Part shown: one piece after another, positions 9,655-18,376 of the stretch
How the letters are laid out: each line of letters opens with the position of its first letter
How positions within the stretch are numbered: position 1 is the first letter of the stretch
Assembly (NCBI GenBank): GCA_041688835.1
Contig: JBDNHJ010000047.1
Location: 334-64,333 of the forward strand
Direction of reading: 5' to 3'
Source of the DNA: Fuerstiella sp.
GTDB taxonomy: Bacteria; Planctomycetota; Planctomycetia; Planctomycetales; Planctomycetaceae
DNA length: 64,000 nucleotides
The notes under the pieces: model-generated
The model's database searches: none
Told to the model about the DNA's origin: nothing
The model's input: only the letters and a program-made list of their open reading frames with translations
Program-made: the position numbers and the translations under genes

Positions 9655-11712
9655 TCAAGCCAGGAGCAGCCAGTCTTCGAACTCAGGCAGACCCTCAAAC
9701 AACGTGTCCAGATTCTGCAGGCTATCGCTGGAATTGTCGGCCGTGACCGCCACGGGCCGCTGAACCTGAAGTGAGCTGCCGGAAGCTTTGGTCAGCGAAA
9801 CGGCAGTGCCAGAGACCGACGAATCAACCACGCCGTTCTGCAGCGATTCGGGCTGAACAAACTGGCTGCCGTTTGATGTATTGAAGTCCGCCAACATCGA
9901 CGACGCAAACGTGGTGGCACCGGATGTGGCAACACCAAAGGAGTCCAGCGATACCGAACGCCGAGTCGCAGGGGCTGAATCTTCCGGAACAGCAGCCAGC
10001 ACAGGTGCTGACGAAGCAAACCCTATGGCGTTAGTGGTATCGGCTGGATTCTTCAGACTTTCGATGTAAGTGATGATTTCCGGAACTGATCGAGTGGCCC
10101 CGGATCCGACAAGGCCGGTTAACTGGTCGACGTTGGTAACGCCCGCCAGAATCGCAAAGACTAACAATCCGTCTGACTGAGCATTCACGCTGCCATTGCC
10201 GTCCACATCCAGCTGCAGTGAATCGCTGAGTTCCCCAACGGTCGTGACAACATCGGCTGCCAAAACTGCCGCTTCCGGAGAAAGGAGGTTGTTTAACTGC
10301 TGAGGACTTGTGACACCAGCCAGCACGGCGAACACCAGCAGCCCGTCGCTTTGAGCAGCTGCGGAACCACCACTGACATCCACATCCAGCACTGCTCGAC
10401 CCGCATCGCCATCACGAATGGTGGCTGTGGACTGCGAGTTCTGCAGAACGGCCCCGGTGGAATCCGAGAGCAACAGTTCAAACGAACGACGAGGCTGAGC
10501 CGCCGCATTACTGAAGGTTTCTACAGTAATCGTTTTTTGAGTCTCACCAGGCGCGAACGTCAGAGTCTGATTGGTGACCGGAACATAGTCGACATCAGCG
10601 ATAGCCCCTGTCGGACCATTGCCGTTGGCAGTGGAATACTGAACGGTCACTTCCGTCGAGGAGGCAGGATCCAGAGTGACCACAAATTGCGCGGGACGAC
10701 CTTCCAGCACCGTCAGAGCACTGGTGACGCTTATTCGAGACGAATCGCGGGCGGTGTCCAGAATGGTGCCAGTGGCCTGACCAACACCCAGCGAACCACC
10801 GACCACATCAAACAGCCGAACTTCAAAATCCTCATCCAGTTCAAACAGGGAATCCGTGAGCGTTGTGACGGAAATTGTCTTTTCTGTCTGCCCGGGACTG
10901 AAAACAAGCGACTGGTCCGCCAGCGGTTCGTAGTCTTCTCCGGCGATCGCAGCCGTTGGACCTGTCGTGTCGGCTGTCGACCAGCTGACCGTCACCGGCG
11001 TGTCGGATACGGAAGAAAGCCGAACCGTAAATTGCACCGGCTGGCCTTCCAGCGCCGGAGTCGCATTTTCAATGGTTACTGTGTCGGCAGCCCGCGGCTG
11101 AAGTTCGATGGACGAGAATTGAAATTCAAACTCCGTCGACTCACCAGGTACCAGGCCTTCTCTATTGACAGAAAAATTCACACTGGTTCCGCCAAACCCT
11201 GGTTGAACCTGAAACACTGCCACATACATCAGGCGTTCGTTGGTACTTGCGGTCGACGGCCACCCGTTTTCATCGCTGAATGCGGTGAGCAAAACCTGAT
11301 CTGTGGCCGAATTGTTGTCATTGCCGATCACTGCCGCATCTAATTCCGCCAACGGACTATCCGGCGAAGTCTGCAGCCCCTCCGAAAAGACACTCTGAGT
11401 ACGCACAAACTGCAAAGCACTCGAATCGAAGTGCAGATTAAAACTCAAACCATCCGCAGTCAGAGCCGCCGGAACTCTGTTGTCGTCCAGTGTCTGATAG
11501 ACGACGGGAATCTGGATGGTTTCACCCGCACCGACTTCCATGACCGGAACACCGGAACGAATCATCTGAACTGTCAGAAGTGCGCGACGTTCCAGCTGCT
11601 CGACAATGCCACCGCTCGCCAATGCGGGGCTTGATCGACTCAAACGACGGCGGTTGCCATGTGGCCCCACAGACGATTTCAGAAAAAGCTGGTCAAAAAC
11701 TGCCTTCAGCAT
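9655..11712 (-). CDS. secreted protein with cohesin-like domain, two Calx-beta domains and duplicated dockerin-like repeat
   Basis: 'VEQLERRALL' export motif; two Calx-beta repeats ('FTVRLS..SDTPVTVSWST...A.AGEDY....LVFSPGQTEKTISV'); two 'LDVD....AQSDGLLVFA[VI]LAG' repeats. Confidence 0.8.
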   Translation of the reverse strand: MLKAVFDQLFLKSSVGPHGNRRRLSRSSPALASGGIVEQLERRALLTVQMIRSGVPVMEVGAGETIQIPVVYQTLDDNRVPAALTADGLSFNLHFDSSALQFVRTQSVFSEGLQTSPDSPLAELDAAVIGNDNNSATDQVLLTAFSDENGWPSTASTNERLMYVAVFQVQPGFGGTSVNFSVNREGLVPGESTEFEFQFSSIELQPRAADTVTIENATPALEGQPVQFTVRLSSVSDTPVTVSWSTADTTGPTAAIAGEDYEPLADQSLVFSPGQTEKTISVTTLTDSLFELDEDFEVRLFDVVGGSLGVGQATGTILDTARDSSRISVTSALTVLEGRPAQFVVTLDPASSTEVTVQYSTANGNGPTGAIADVDYVPVTNQTLTFAPGETQKTITVETFSNAAAQPRRSFELLLSDSTGAVLQNSQSTATIRDGDAGRAVLDVDVSGGSAAAQSDGLLVFAVLAGVTSPQQLNNLLSPEAAVLAADVVTTVGELSDSLQLDVDGNGSVNAQSDGLLVFAILAGVTNVDQLTGLVGSGATRSVPEIITYIESLKNPADTTNAIGFASSAPVLAAVPEDSAPATRRSVSLDSFGVATSGATTFASSMLADFNTSNGSQFVQPESLQNGVVDSSVSGTAVSLTKASGSSLQVQRPVAVTADNSSDSLQNLDTLFEGLPEFEDWLLLA

Positions 11713-12485
11713 GAAACGGCCCTTAATAAAAGGTAACTGCAGAGCCAGTAACAACACGACGTTTTCGCGTCTGCCCTGAACCCCAAACTCGCCCAAAACT
11801 CCTCGATACCACACAGGCTACCGAAAGACTCGATTCGATAACAGTCTTTCCTCTGCCTGCCGCAAATTGGCGGCACGCGGGCTTTTTGTACGAAACGGGA
11901 TCCCAAACGACAGACGAAAACAGGCCTCAGATCCAACGTTTGCTCGGTAATTTCCGCCAAATGGCGGTTAGACCCCCACGAGCTCTTGAAGTTCCGCCAC
12001 TGCCATCCGCCTGCCGGAGGCTTCGCCACACAAATCACGCCCAACCGATGGCGACCTCGTCTCTGACTTCAGTTTTGATTTCCACGATGTGTGGCTCATG
12101 GATTAGGTCTCCCTGTGTTGAGTGGAACAAGAAAGGACGCAGCTCATTGTTTTCAATCGCGTCATTCGGTCTTTGGCCTTCGGCGTGTGCGCAGGGTATG
12201 TTCGAGATGTCGTCGAACGGCCGACTGGGATGCAAAGTTTCCGCTTCCGTCGGGCTGGCCTTTTCTCGAACATTTCCGAATCGCGTTTCCTTCCGCTTCA
12301 TTCTGCGCTCGATTCACCATCGCCACCCACGTTCGGGCCGATCAATCGGCCAACCGCTAAGTCGCTTACGAGACACGTCGTTGCCGTTTACCATGCGCCA
12401 CAAACTTCCAAATTCCCTGATTGTCATGGATTATGGGGTCTGTTGTCTGGGGTCTGTTGTCGAACGCGATCAAAACATGGCTTTT

Positions 12486-12548
12486 CTCTGCGTCTGTGCG
12501 CCTCGGCGTGAGAAACTAAGCCTCACGCCGAGACGCACAGACGCAGAG
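12486..12548. repeat. near-perfect inverted repeat (REP-like family D)
   Basis: CTCTGCGTCTGTGCGCCTCGGCGTGAG / CTCACGCCGAGACGCACAGACGCAGAG; 27-bp arms with one mismatch and a 9-nt loop. Confidence 0.8.
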
Positions 12549-12644
12549 TTCTGAATCGACCTTGATACAGATGCCCTGTTCCTTTTCTTGCTCACCCTGC
12601 CGGTGACATCTGATGCAAAACAAACCAAACCAAAGGCTCCAACA

Positions 12645-15206
12645 ATGACTCGGACAGTCTTACTCGTGATGCTGACGATCGTGTGCCTCGCTGCTCATCG
12701 GGCGGGTGGGGGCGAGGCTGTGCGACTGGCCGCCGATGGAAAGGCGTTGCGGACGATTGGCGTCGCGAAGGATGCGTCCGATTCGGTTCGTAAGTCGGCG
12801 CAGACGCTCGCCGATACTCTGACGAAGATCAGTGGGGCGAGCTTTCTGGTCGAGACGGCCGATGGGACGCCCGGCATCGTGGTCGGCACGGCCAGCGACT
12901 TTCCCGCGCTTGTACCGAAAGGGACATTCGACCCCGATCCGCTGCGTGGTCGCGAGCAATATCTGCTGCACTCTCACGGTGAAGAGGTGCGGCTGATCGG
13001 CTCGACCGAACTGGCGGTCGAGCATGCTGTCTGGGATTTCCTCAATCGTCTGGGCTATCGACATTATTTTCCGGGCGAACATTGGGAAGTCATCCCCCGT
13101 CAGCGAGAATTGACCATTGATGTCGATACGATCGAGCGTCCCGATTATCTGGCGCGTCGCATCTGGTACGGCTATGGCACATGGGACTACAACGCTGAGC
13201 CGTATCGAACGTGGTGCGCCCGCAACCGCTGCGTGGCCGGTATTCAACTGAACACGGGACACGCCTACGATGAGGTCGTGCGGGAGTCGCGGCAGCAGTT
13301 CGAGAAACATTCCGACTACTGGCCGTTGCTACAGGGGAAGCGACAGCCGGTCGGCAACACGAAACCGTGTCTGGCGAAGCAGGAGGTTCGCGATCTGTTT
13401 GTGCAATCGGCTCTGCGGAAATTCGCCAAAGCCCCTTCGCTCGACAGTGTCTCAATAGACCCCAGTGACGGCGGCGGCTGGTGTCAATGCGAGCAGTGTG
13501 CCAAACTGGGCTCGGTGAGCGATCAGGCGATCACGCTCGCCAACGAAGTCGCGGCCGCCATCAACCGGGAGCATCCGGGAAAGCTCCTCGGCATCTATGC
13601 CTACAACTACCACTCCCCGCCGCCCAGTGTGACGGTCGATCCGCATGTGGTCGTCAGCGTCGCAACCGCGTTCATCAAGGAGGGTCTCAAGGTCGAAGAT
13701 CTCCTTGCCGGGTGGTCGAAGCAAGGCGCGACGCTCGGCATTCGCGAATATTACTCCGTCAACACCTGGGACCGGGATCTTCCCGCGAGGTCGCGTGGCG
13801 GCAACCTCGCGTACCTGCGTCGCACGATCCCCGAGTTCCACGCCCGCGGAGCACGCTTCCTGTCAGCCGAGTCAAGTGACAACTGGGGACCCAATGGACT
13901 GGGCTATTATCTTGCCGCGCGAATGCTCTGGGACGTCGACGAAGCCAAAAACATTGACGCACTGACCGACGACTTTCTGTCGCGCTGCTTCGGCCCGGCG
14001 GAACAACCGATGCGCGAGTTCTATCGGCAGTTGGACGGATCGCATGCGCATCTGGTGTTCGATGATCAGGTCGGACGGATGTTCCGCTCCCTCGACGAGG
14101 CACGCCGCCTGATCGGCGAAGAGGCTGACAACGAGCAGCGACAACAGATTGAAGCCCGCCTCAACGACCTTGTGTTGTACACCCGCTACGTCGATCTGTT
14201 TCATCGCTACTCGATCACGGAGGGAGCGGAGCGTCAAGCCGCCTTCGAGGCGATGCTGCGTCACGCCTACCGCATGCGTCGTTCGATGATGGTGCATGTC
14301 AAGGCGATCTACCGCGACGTCGTCGCGCGCGACAAGAACGTTTCGATACCCGCCGGCTCAACGTGGAATGTCGCGGAAGCGGACAATCCCTGGAAGTCGA
14401 GTGAGCCGTTCGCCCGCACCGAGTTCGGCGAGTTTGTTCGTGAGGGAATCGAGCGCTATTCGCTCGTCGATCTCGACTTCGAGCCGGTCGAATTCTCCAA
14501 CGATCTCGTTTCTGCTGACCCGCTGAAGCTGGAAGAAGTTGTCGCCGGTTCCGCCCCGCGCGGTCGCGGAAAGAGAACCTATTACGCCCTTGTCGAGCGC
14601 GGTCGCGCAGCGATCGAACTGCAGATCACCGGCGGCCTGATTAAACATTATCGGGACCGAGGCAACGTGCGTGTCGAGTTGCATAAGCTTGGCGGCGCAA
14701 GCGAATCGGGTCAGCGGGAGCAGTTGATCGCGACCGATCAGAGTGTCCCGCCCGACGGCGTGAAACGCACTGTTTCGCTGCCGGTGAAGGAAGCCGGCCT
14801 CTACAGGATCGACCTTTCGGACGGCGGCGATCTGACGAGCGTCGATTGGGCGAAGGGACAGAGGATCAGTTTCCATTCCAGTCTCGATGCCCCGATCTCC
14901 ACCCACGGTCGTTGGTCGCTGTATTTCTATGTGCCACGGGGAACAAAGGTCATCGGGCTGTATGGCAACGGCGAAGCAACGATTCAAAACCCGGCTGGCG
15001 AAACGGTCTTCTCGCTGGATCAACGCACACCCGGTTACCACAGCATACCGGTCGAACCGGGAACCGATGGCAAGCTATGGAAAGTACACCACGCTTCCGC
15101 CGAGATCCGCCTGCTCACCGTCCCCCCGTATCTGGCACGCTCGCCCGGCGAACTCTTACTCCCCCGCGAAGTTATCGAGCAAGACAACCCTTCGCCCGCC
15201 GAGTAA
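12645..15206 (+). CDS. secreted DUF4838-type protein (putative glycoside hydrolase)
   Basis: Signal peptide; GH20/GH67-like N-terminal domain ('LADTLTKISGASF...IG...AVWDFL'); 'SIDPSDGGGWCQCEQC'; 'YLAARMLWD'. Confidence 0.75.
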   Translation: MTRTVLLVMLTIVCLAAHRAGGGEAVRLAADGKALRTIGVAKDASDSVRKSAQTLADTLTKISGASFLVETADGTPGIVVGTASDFPALVPKGTFDPDPLRGREQYLLHSHGEEVRLIGSTELAVEHAVWDFLNRLGYRHYFPGEHWEVIPRQRELTIDVDTIERPDYLARRIWYGYGTWDYNAEPYRTWCARNRCVAGIQLNTGHAYDEVVRESRQQFEKHSDYWPLLQGKRQPVGNTKPCLAKQEVRDLFVQSALRKFAKAPSLDSVSIDPSDGGGWCQCEQCAKLGSVSDQAITLANEVAAAINREHPGKLLGIYAYNYHSPPPSVTVDPHVVVSVATAFIKEGLKVEDLLAGWSKQGATLGIREYYSVNTWDRDLPARSRGGNLAYLRRTIPEFHARGARFLSAESSDNWGPNGLGYYLAARMLWDVDEAKNIDALTDDFLSRCFGPAEQPMREFYRQLDGSHAHLVFDDQVGRMFRSLDEARRLIGEEADNEQRQQIEARLNDLVLYTRYVDLFHRYSITEGAERQAAFEAMLRHAYRMRRSMMVHVKAIYRDVVARDKNVSIPAGSTWNVAEADNPWKSSEPFARTEFGEFVREGIERYSLVDLDFEPVEFSNDLVSADPLKLEEVVAGSAPRGRGKRTYYALVERGRAAIELQITGGLIKHYRDRGNVRVELHKLGGASESGQREQLIATDQSVPPDGVKRTVSLPVKEAGLYRIDLSDGGDLTSVDWAKGQRISFHSSLDAPISTHGRWSLYFYVPRGTKVIGLYGNGEATIQNPAGETVFSLDQRTPGYHSIPVEPGTDGKLWKVHHASAEIRLLTVPPYLARSPGELLLPREVIEQDNPSPAE

Positions 15207-15234
15207 CACCGACCCAATTTATGAAAGTGATTAA

Positions 15235-17229
15235 ATGACGCGCTCAGGATTTCTATGTTTCCTCTTACTCTGCGGAACCACTGCGGCCGGCGAAGCCGTC
15301 CACACAACCGAAGCGTTGGTGGCAGCCGTTCGCGACGGAGCTGATGGAACGGTCATCGAGATCGCAGCCGGAACCTACGAACTGAATGCACCGTTGGAGC
15401 CAAAGCCGGGGATGACGCTCAAGGGCGCGGGGATGGATCAAACCATCATCACGCATGTCGCTGACTGGAAACCTTCTACTTCGACTTTGCCTGATCCTGA
15501 AATGAAAACGGACGGCATGGACACTCGTGCCTATCTAATTCGTTTGCAGGATAAGGCGACTGATGTCACGATTTCAGGCATGACTCTGCGCGGCCCGCAA
15601 CTGCATGGTGCGATCTTTGGATGGGCTAACAAAGACCTGCATCTGCATCACTTGAGAATTCAGGACACGCTGTGGTCCGGTATCCGGACATTTGCGATGC
15701 AACGAGCAAAGATTCACGACTGCGAATTCATTGACGCGGGCGGACGCTGGAAGCGAGGTGGAAAACCGGGTGTTGATGGCGGCATCACGGGTGGTGCGAT
15801 CTTTGCCATTTGGATGAAGGATAGCGAGATTGCTCACAACCGCTTTGAACGCACGCAAATGGGCAAGGCTGACGAGTTCTACGGTATCAAAGTGCGTCAG
15901 GGCAAACGCAGTCGAGTGCATCACAACACGATCGAAGTGAATTTCTCGTTGGAGTTCCCATTTGAAAACGATGAAGACAATGAAATCGACCACAACGTCT
16001 GTCATGGCACGGTTTCGATACCCAAACATTCTGGCGGCCCGGTGCCCGACAGTGGGCGCACGTTTCACATTCATCACAACTGGTTTCGGAATAGTTACTC
16101 GATCGAATTTGTGCGTAACGGGGTTGAGATCGACCAAAATCTGTTCGACTTCGACGTGGACAAAGATCATGGCAACCTGATCTCCGGTTTCGGCAAAGCA
16201 GCCGCGAAAGGTCCGGCAAGTTTTCACAACAATCTGGTCAGCAATCCCGGTCGCGGAGTGATCTGGATCAACGAACCGTACAGCAACCTCGAAATCCACA
16301 ATAACCACATCATCACGCGAACGACGAAAACACCACGCACTGAAGGGTTGTTTGGTTTCAATTCCAAATGCGACTTCAAGACGATTGCGATTCGAGACAA
16401 TCTCATCGAATGCCTCGGCCAGTCACGCCCGTTGTTGCGAACGGATAAAAGCTACGACGCTGTTGTCGAAAACAACCGGCTGATAAACGTGTCGGATACT
16501 GACCGCTATGCGAATGAGCAGCGTAACCGCCCGATGGGTCTCGAAGAACCGTTGAAGTTCGCTTGTGGCGTCCACGGCGAATTCGTTGTTGACGGTTGGA
16601 ACACGCGGCGGGCAGACGACACGCCGTTGTTTTCCGAAGACGGCATTCCCGCTGGTTGGTTGGTTCGGCAATGGGCCGACGTCAGTCGAAAAGCCGACGA
16701 CGGCGTGGTTTGGACCGTCAAGGATGGTGTGCTATACGGCAGTCCGACTCGCGGAACATGGTTGATGAGCGAGCAAGAGTACGGCGATTTCTCGCTGGAA
16801 TACGAATTCAAACTCGGACCTCGCGGCAACAGCGGATTAGCAATCCGATCGCCTCTGACAGGCGATCCTGCCTTCGACGGCATGGAACTACAAATGGCGG
16901 ACTACCGCTACAACACGCAGGCCAAGGATTCCGAATTGACGGGCGGCATTTCTCGCGCGATTGCTCCGCGCAAGCAAGTTTATTGGCCGACCGAGTGGAA
17001 CAAATACGTGGTGACATTGATCGGCGATCATTTGCACGTCGAACTGAACGGTGAAGTGATTCACGATGTTGACCTCTCCACTCAGGACGAAATCGTGAAA
17101 CGGCACGACGACTCCACTGCGCCCGCCATCAAGGACCGACCGCGTCGAGGCCACATTGGGTTTCAAGAACTTAGCCGCGACGCTGAACGCGTGCAAATCC
17201 GCAATGCCAGAATACGGAGCTTCGAATGA
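15235..17229 (+). CDS. secreted right-handed beta-helix protein with C-terminal DUF1080 domain
   Basis: 'GTVIEIAAGTY' start, repeated 'IHHN/IAHN/IDHN' beta-helix rungs; C-terminal 'YGDFSLEYEFK...GNSGL...ELQ...EWNKY...GHIGFQ'. Confidence 0.8.
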   Translation: MTRSGFLCFLLLCGTTAAGEAVHTTEALVAAVRDGADGTVIEIAAGTYELNAPLEPKPGMTLKGAGMDQTIITHVADWKPSTSTLPDPEMKTDGMDTRAYLIRLQDKATDVTISGMTLRGPQLHGAIFGWANKDLHLHHLRIQDTLWSGIRTFAMQRAKIHDCEFIDAGGRWKRGGKPGVDGGITGGAIFAIWMKDSEIAHNRFERTQMGKADEFYGIKVRQGKRSRVHHNTIEVNFSLEFPFENDEDNEIDHNVCHGTVSIPKHSGGPVPDSGRTFHIHHNWFRNSYSIEFVRNGVEIDQNLFDFDVDKDHGNLISGFGKAAAKGPASFHNNLVSNPGRGVIWINEPYSNLEIHNNHIITRTTKTPRTEGLFGFNSKCDFKTIAIRDNLIECLGQSRPLLRTDKSYDAVVENNRLINVSDTDRYANEQRNRPMGLEEPLKFACGVHGEFVVDGWNTRRADDTPLFSEDGIPAGWLVRQWADVSRKADDGVVWTVKDGVLYGSPTRGTWLMSEQEYGDFSLEYEFKLGPRGNSGLAIRSPLTGDPAFDGMELQMADYRYNTQAKDSELTGGISRAIAPRKQVYWPTEWNKYVVTLIGDHLHVELNGEVIHDVDLSTQDEIVKRHDDSTAPAIKDRPRRGHIGFQELSRDAERVQIRNARIRSFE

Positions 17230-18272
17230 ACTCACGCTTCGTCAACAGCATTGCGTTGGCACTTGCATGCTGGGCAACTTCAACAGTGATCGCGGAAGAA
17301 CGGATTGCCGCGCCCCCGACATCGGCTGCGATCAAGCTGGCTTCCGACTATAGCATGGGGCACAACGGGCAGACGTTGATTGTGATGTTCGACGGCAAGG
17401 TTGTTGCCGAAGAATACGCAGACGGTGGCGCGGCCGATCGCCCGCAGATGTTAGCCAGTGGCAGCAAGAGTTTCGTTAGCATCGCGGCAGCGGCGGCTGT
17501 CGAAGACGGCATCATCAAGTTGGAAGATCCAGTTTGCGAAAGTCTGATCGAGTGGAAGGGCGATCAGCAAAAGTCGCAGATTACTTATCGTCATCTGCTG
17601 ACACTGACCAGTGGATTGAAAGCCAGTGACCGAGTCTTCGTTCGCACGCAACCCGCGTGGAAAGACACAGCCGCAGGGCCAATGACCGGCAAGCCGGGCG
17701 CACAGTTTCAATACGGTGCCAATCAACTCAACGTCTTCGCGCTGGCTTTGCAACAGAAACTCGGTACCGAGACGTTCGAAGCCTACCTGAAACGCCGAGT
17801 ACTCGATCCACTCGGCATCAAAGTCGAATGGCGAATGCGGTGTGCCGACGGCAATCCTCAAGTCGGCGGCGGCGGATTCATCACGTCTCGCGACTGGGCC
17901 ACGTTTGGCGAGTTCGTTCGCCTAGAAGGTTTGTGGCAGGGAAAAAAAATCATCGCGCCAGAACATGTCGCGGAATGTTTCAAAGGAACCACAGCGAATC
18001 CCGCTTACGGTCAAACCTGGTGGCTCAAGGAAGAAGTGACGCCAGAACTTATTCGCGCAAACATGATCCTCAGAAGCGAATGGGCCACTGTTGCGAATTC
18101 CGATGAACTCCCCAACGATCTGGTCGCCGCCTGCGGTGCCGGTAAACAACGATTGTACATCATTCCTTCAGAAAAACTCGTTGTCGTTCGCCAAGGCGGT
18201 TTCGCCGCACGCGGGTTTTCTGACGTAGAGTTTTTGACGGGTTTGCTGGGCGTCAAATCGCAACCGGACTAG
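17226..18272 (+). CDS. serine hydrolase, beta-lactamase class C / 6-aminohexanoate-dimer hydrolase family
   Basis: SxxK motif 'ASGSKS', 'HLLTLTSGL', 'FQYG', 'GKQRLYIIPSEKLVVVR'; overlaps the upstream stop (ATGA). Confidence 0.88.
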   Translation: MNSRFVNSIALALACWATSTVIAEERIAAPPTSAAIKLASDYSMGHNGQTLIVMFDGKVVAEEYADGGAADRPQMLASGSKSFVSIAAAAAVEDGIIKLEDPVCESLIEWKGDQQKSQITYRHLLTLTSGLKASDRVFVRTQPAWKDTAAGPMTGKPGAQFQYGANQLNVFALALQQKLGTETFEAYLKRRVLDPLGIKVEWRMRCADGNPQVGGGGFITSRDWATFGEFVRLEGLWQGKKIIAPEHVAECFKGTTANPAYGQTWWLKEEVTPELIRANMILRSEWATVANSDELPNDLVAACGAGKQRLYIIPSEKLVVVRQGGFAARGFSDVEFLTGLLGVKSQPD

Positions 18273-18376
18273 CCGCTGGTGAGACGGGATACGAACCGTG
18301 ACGCTTGTTCGCAACAAACACTTCGACAAGCCGCAGTTTGTTCGGTTAAATTACAGCAGGTTCAGAAAGCACACCG

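Noticed and set aside
11886-12554. ORFs or an ncRNA in the long intergenic region
   Set aside because: Several overlapping ORFs lack motifs, and no recognisable RNA family was seen
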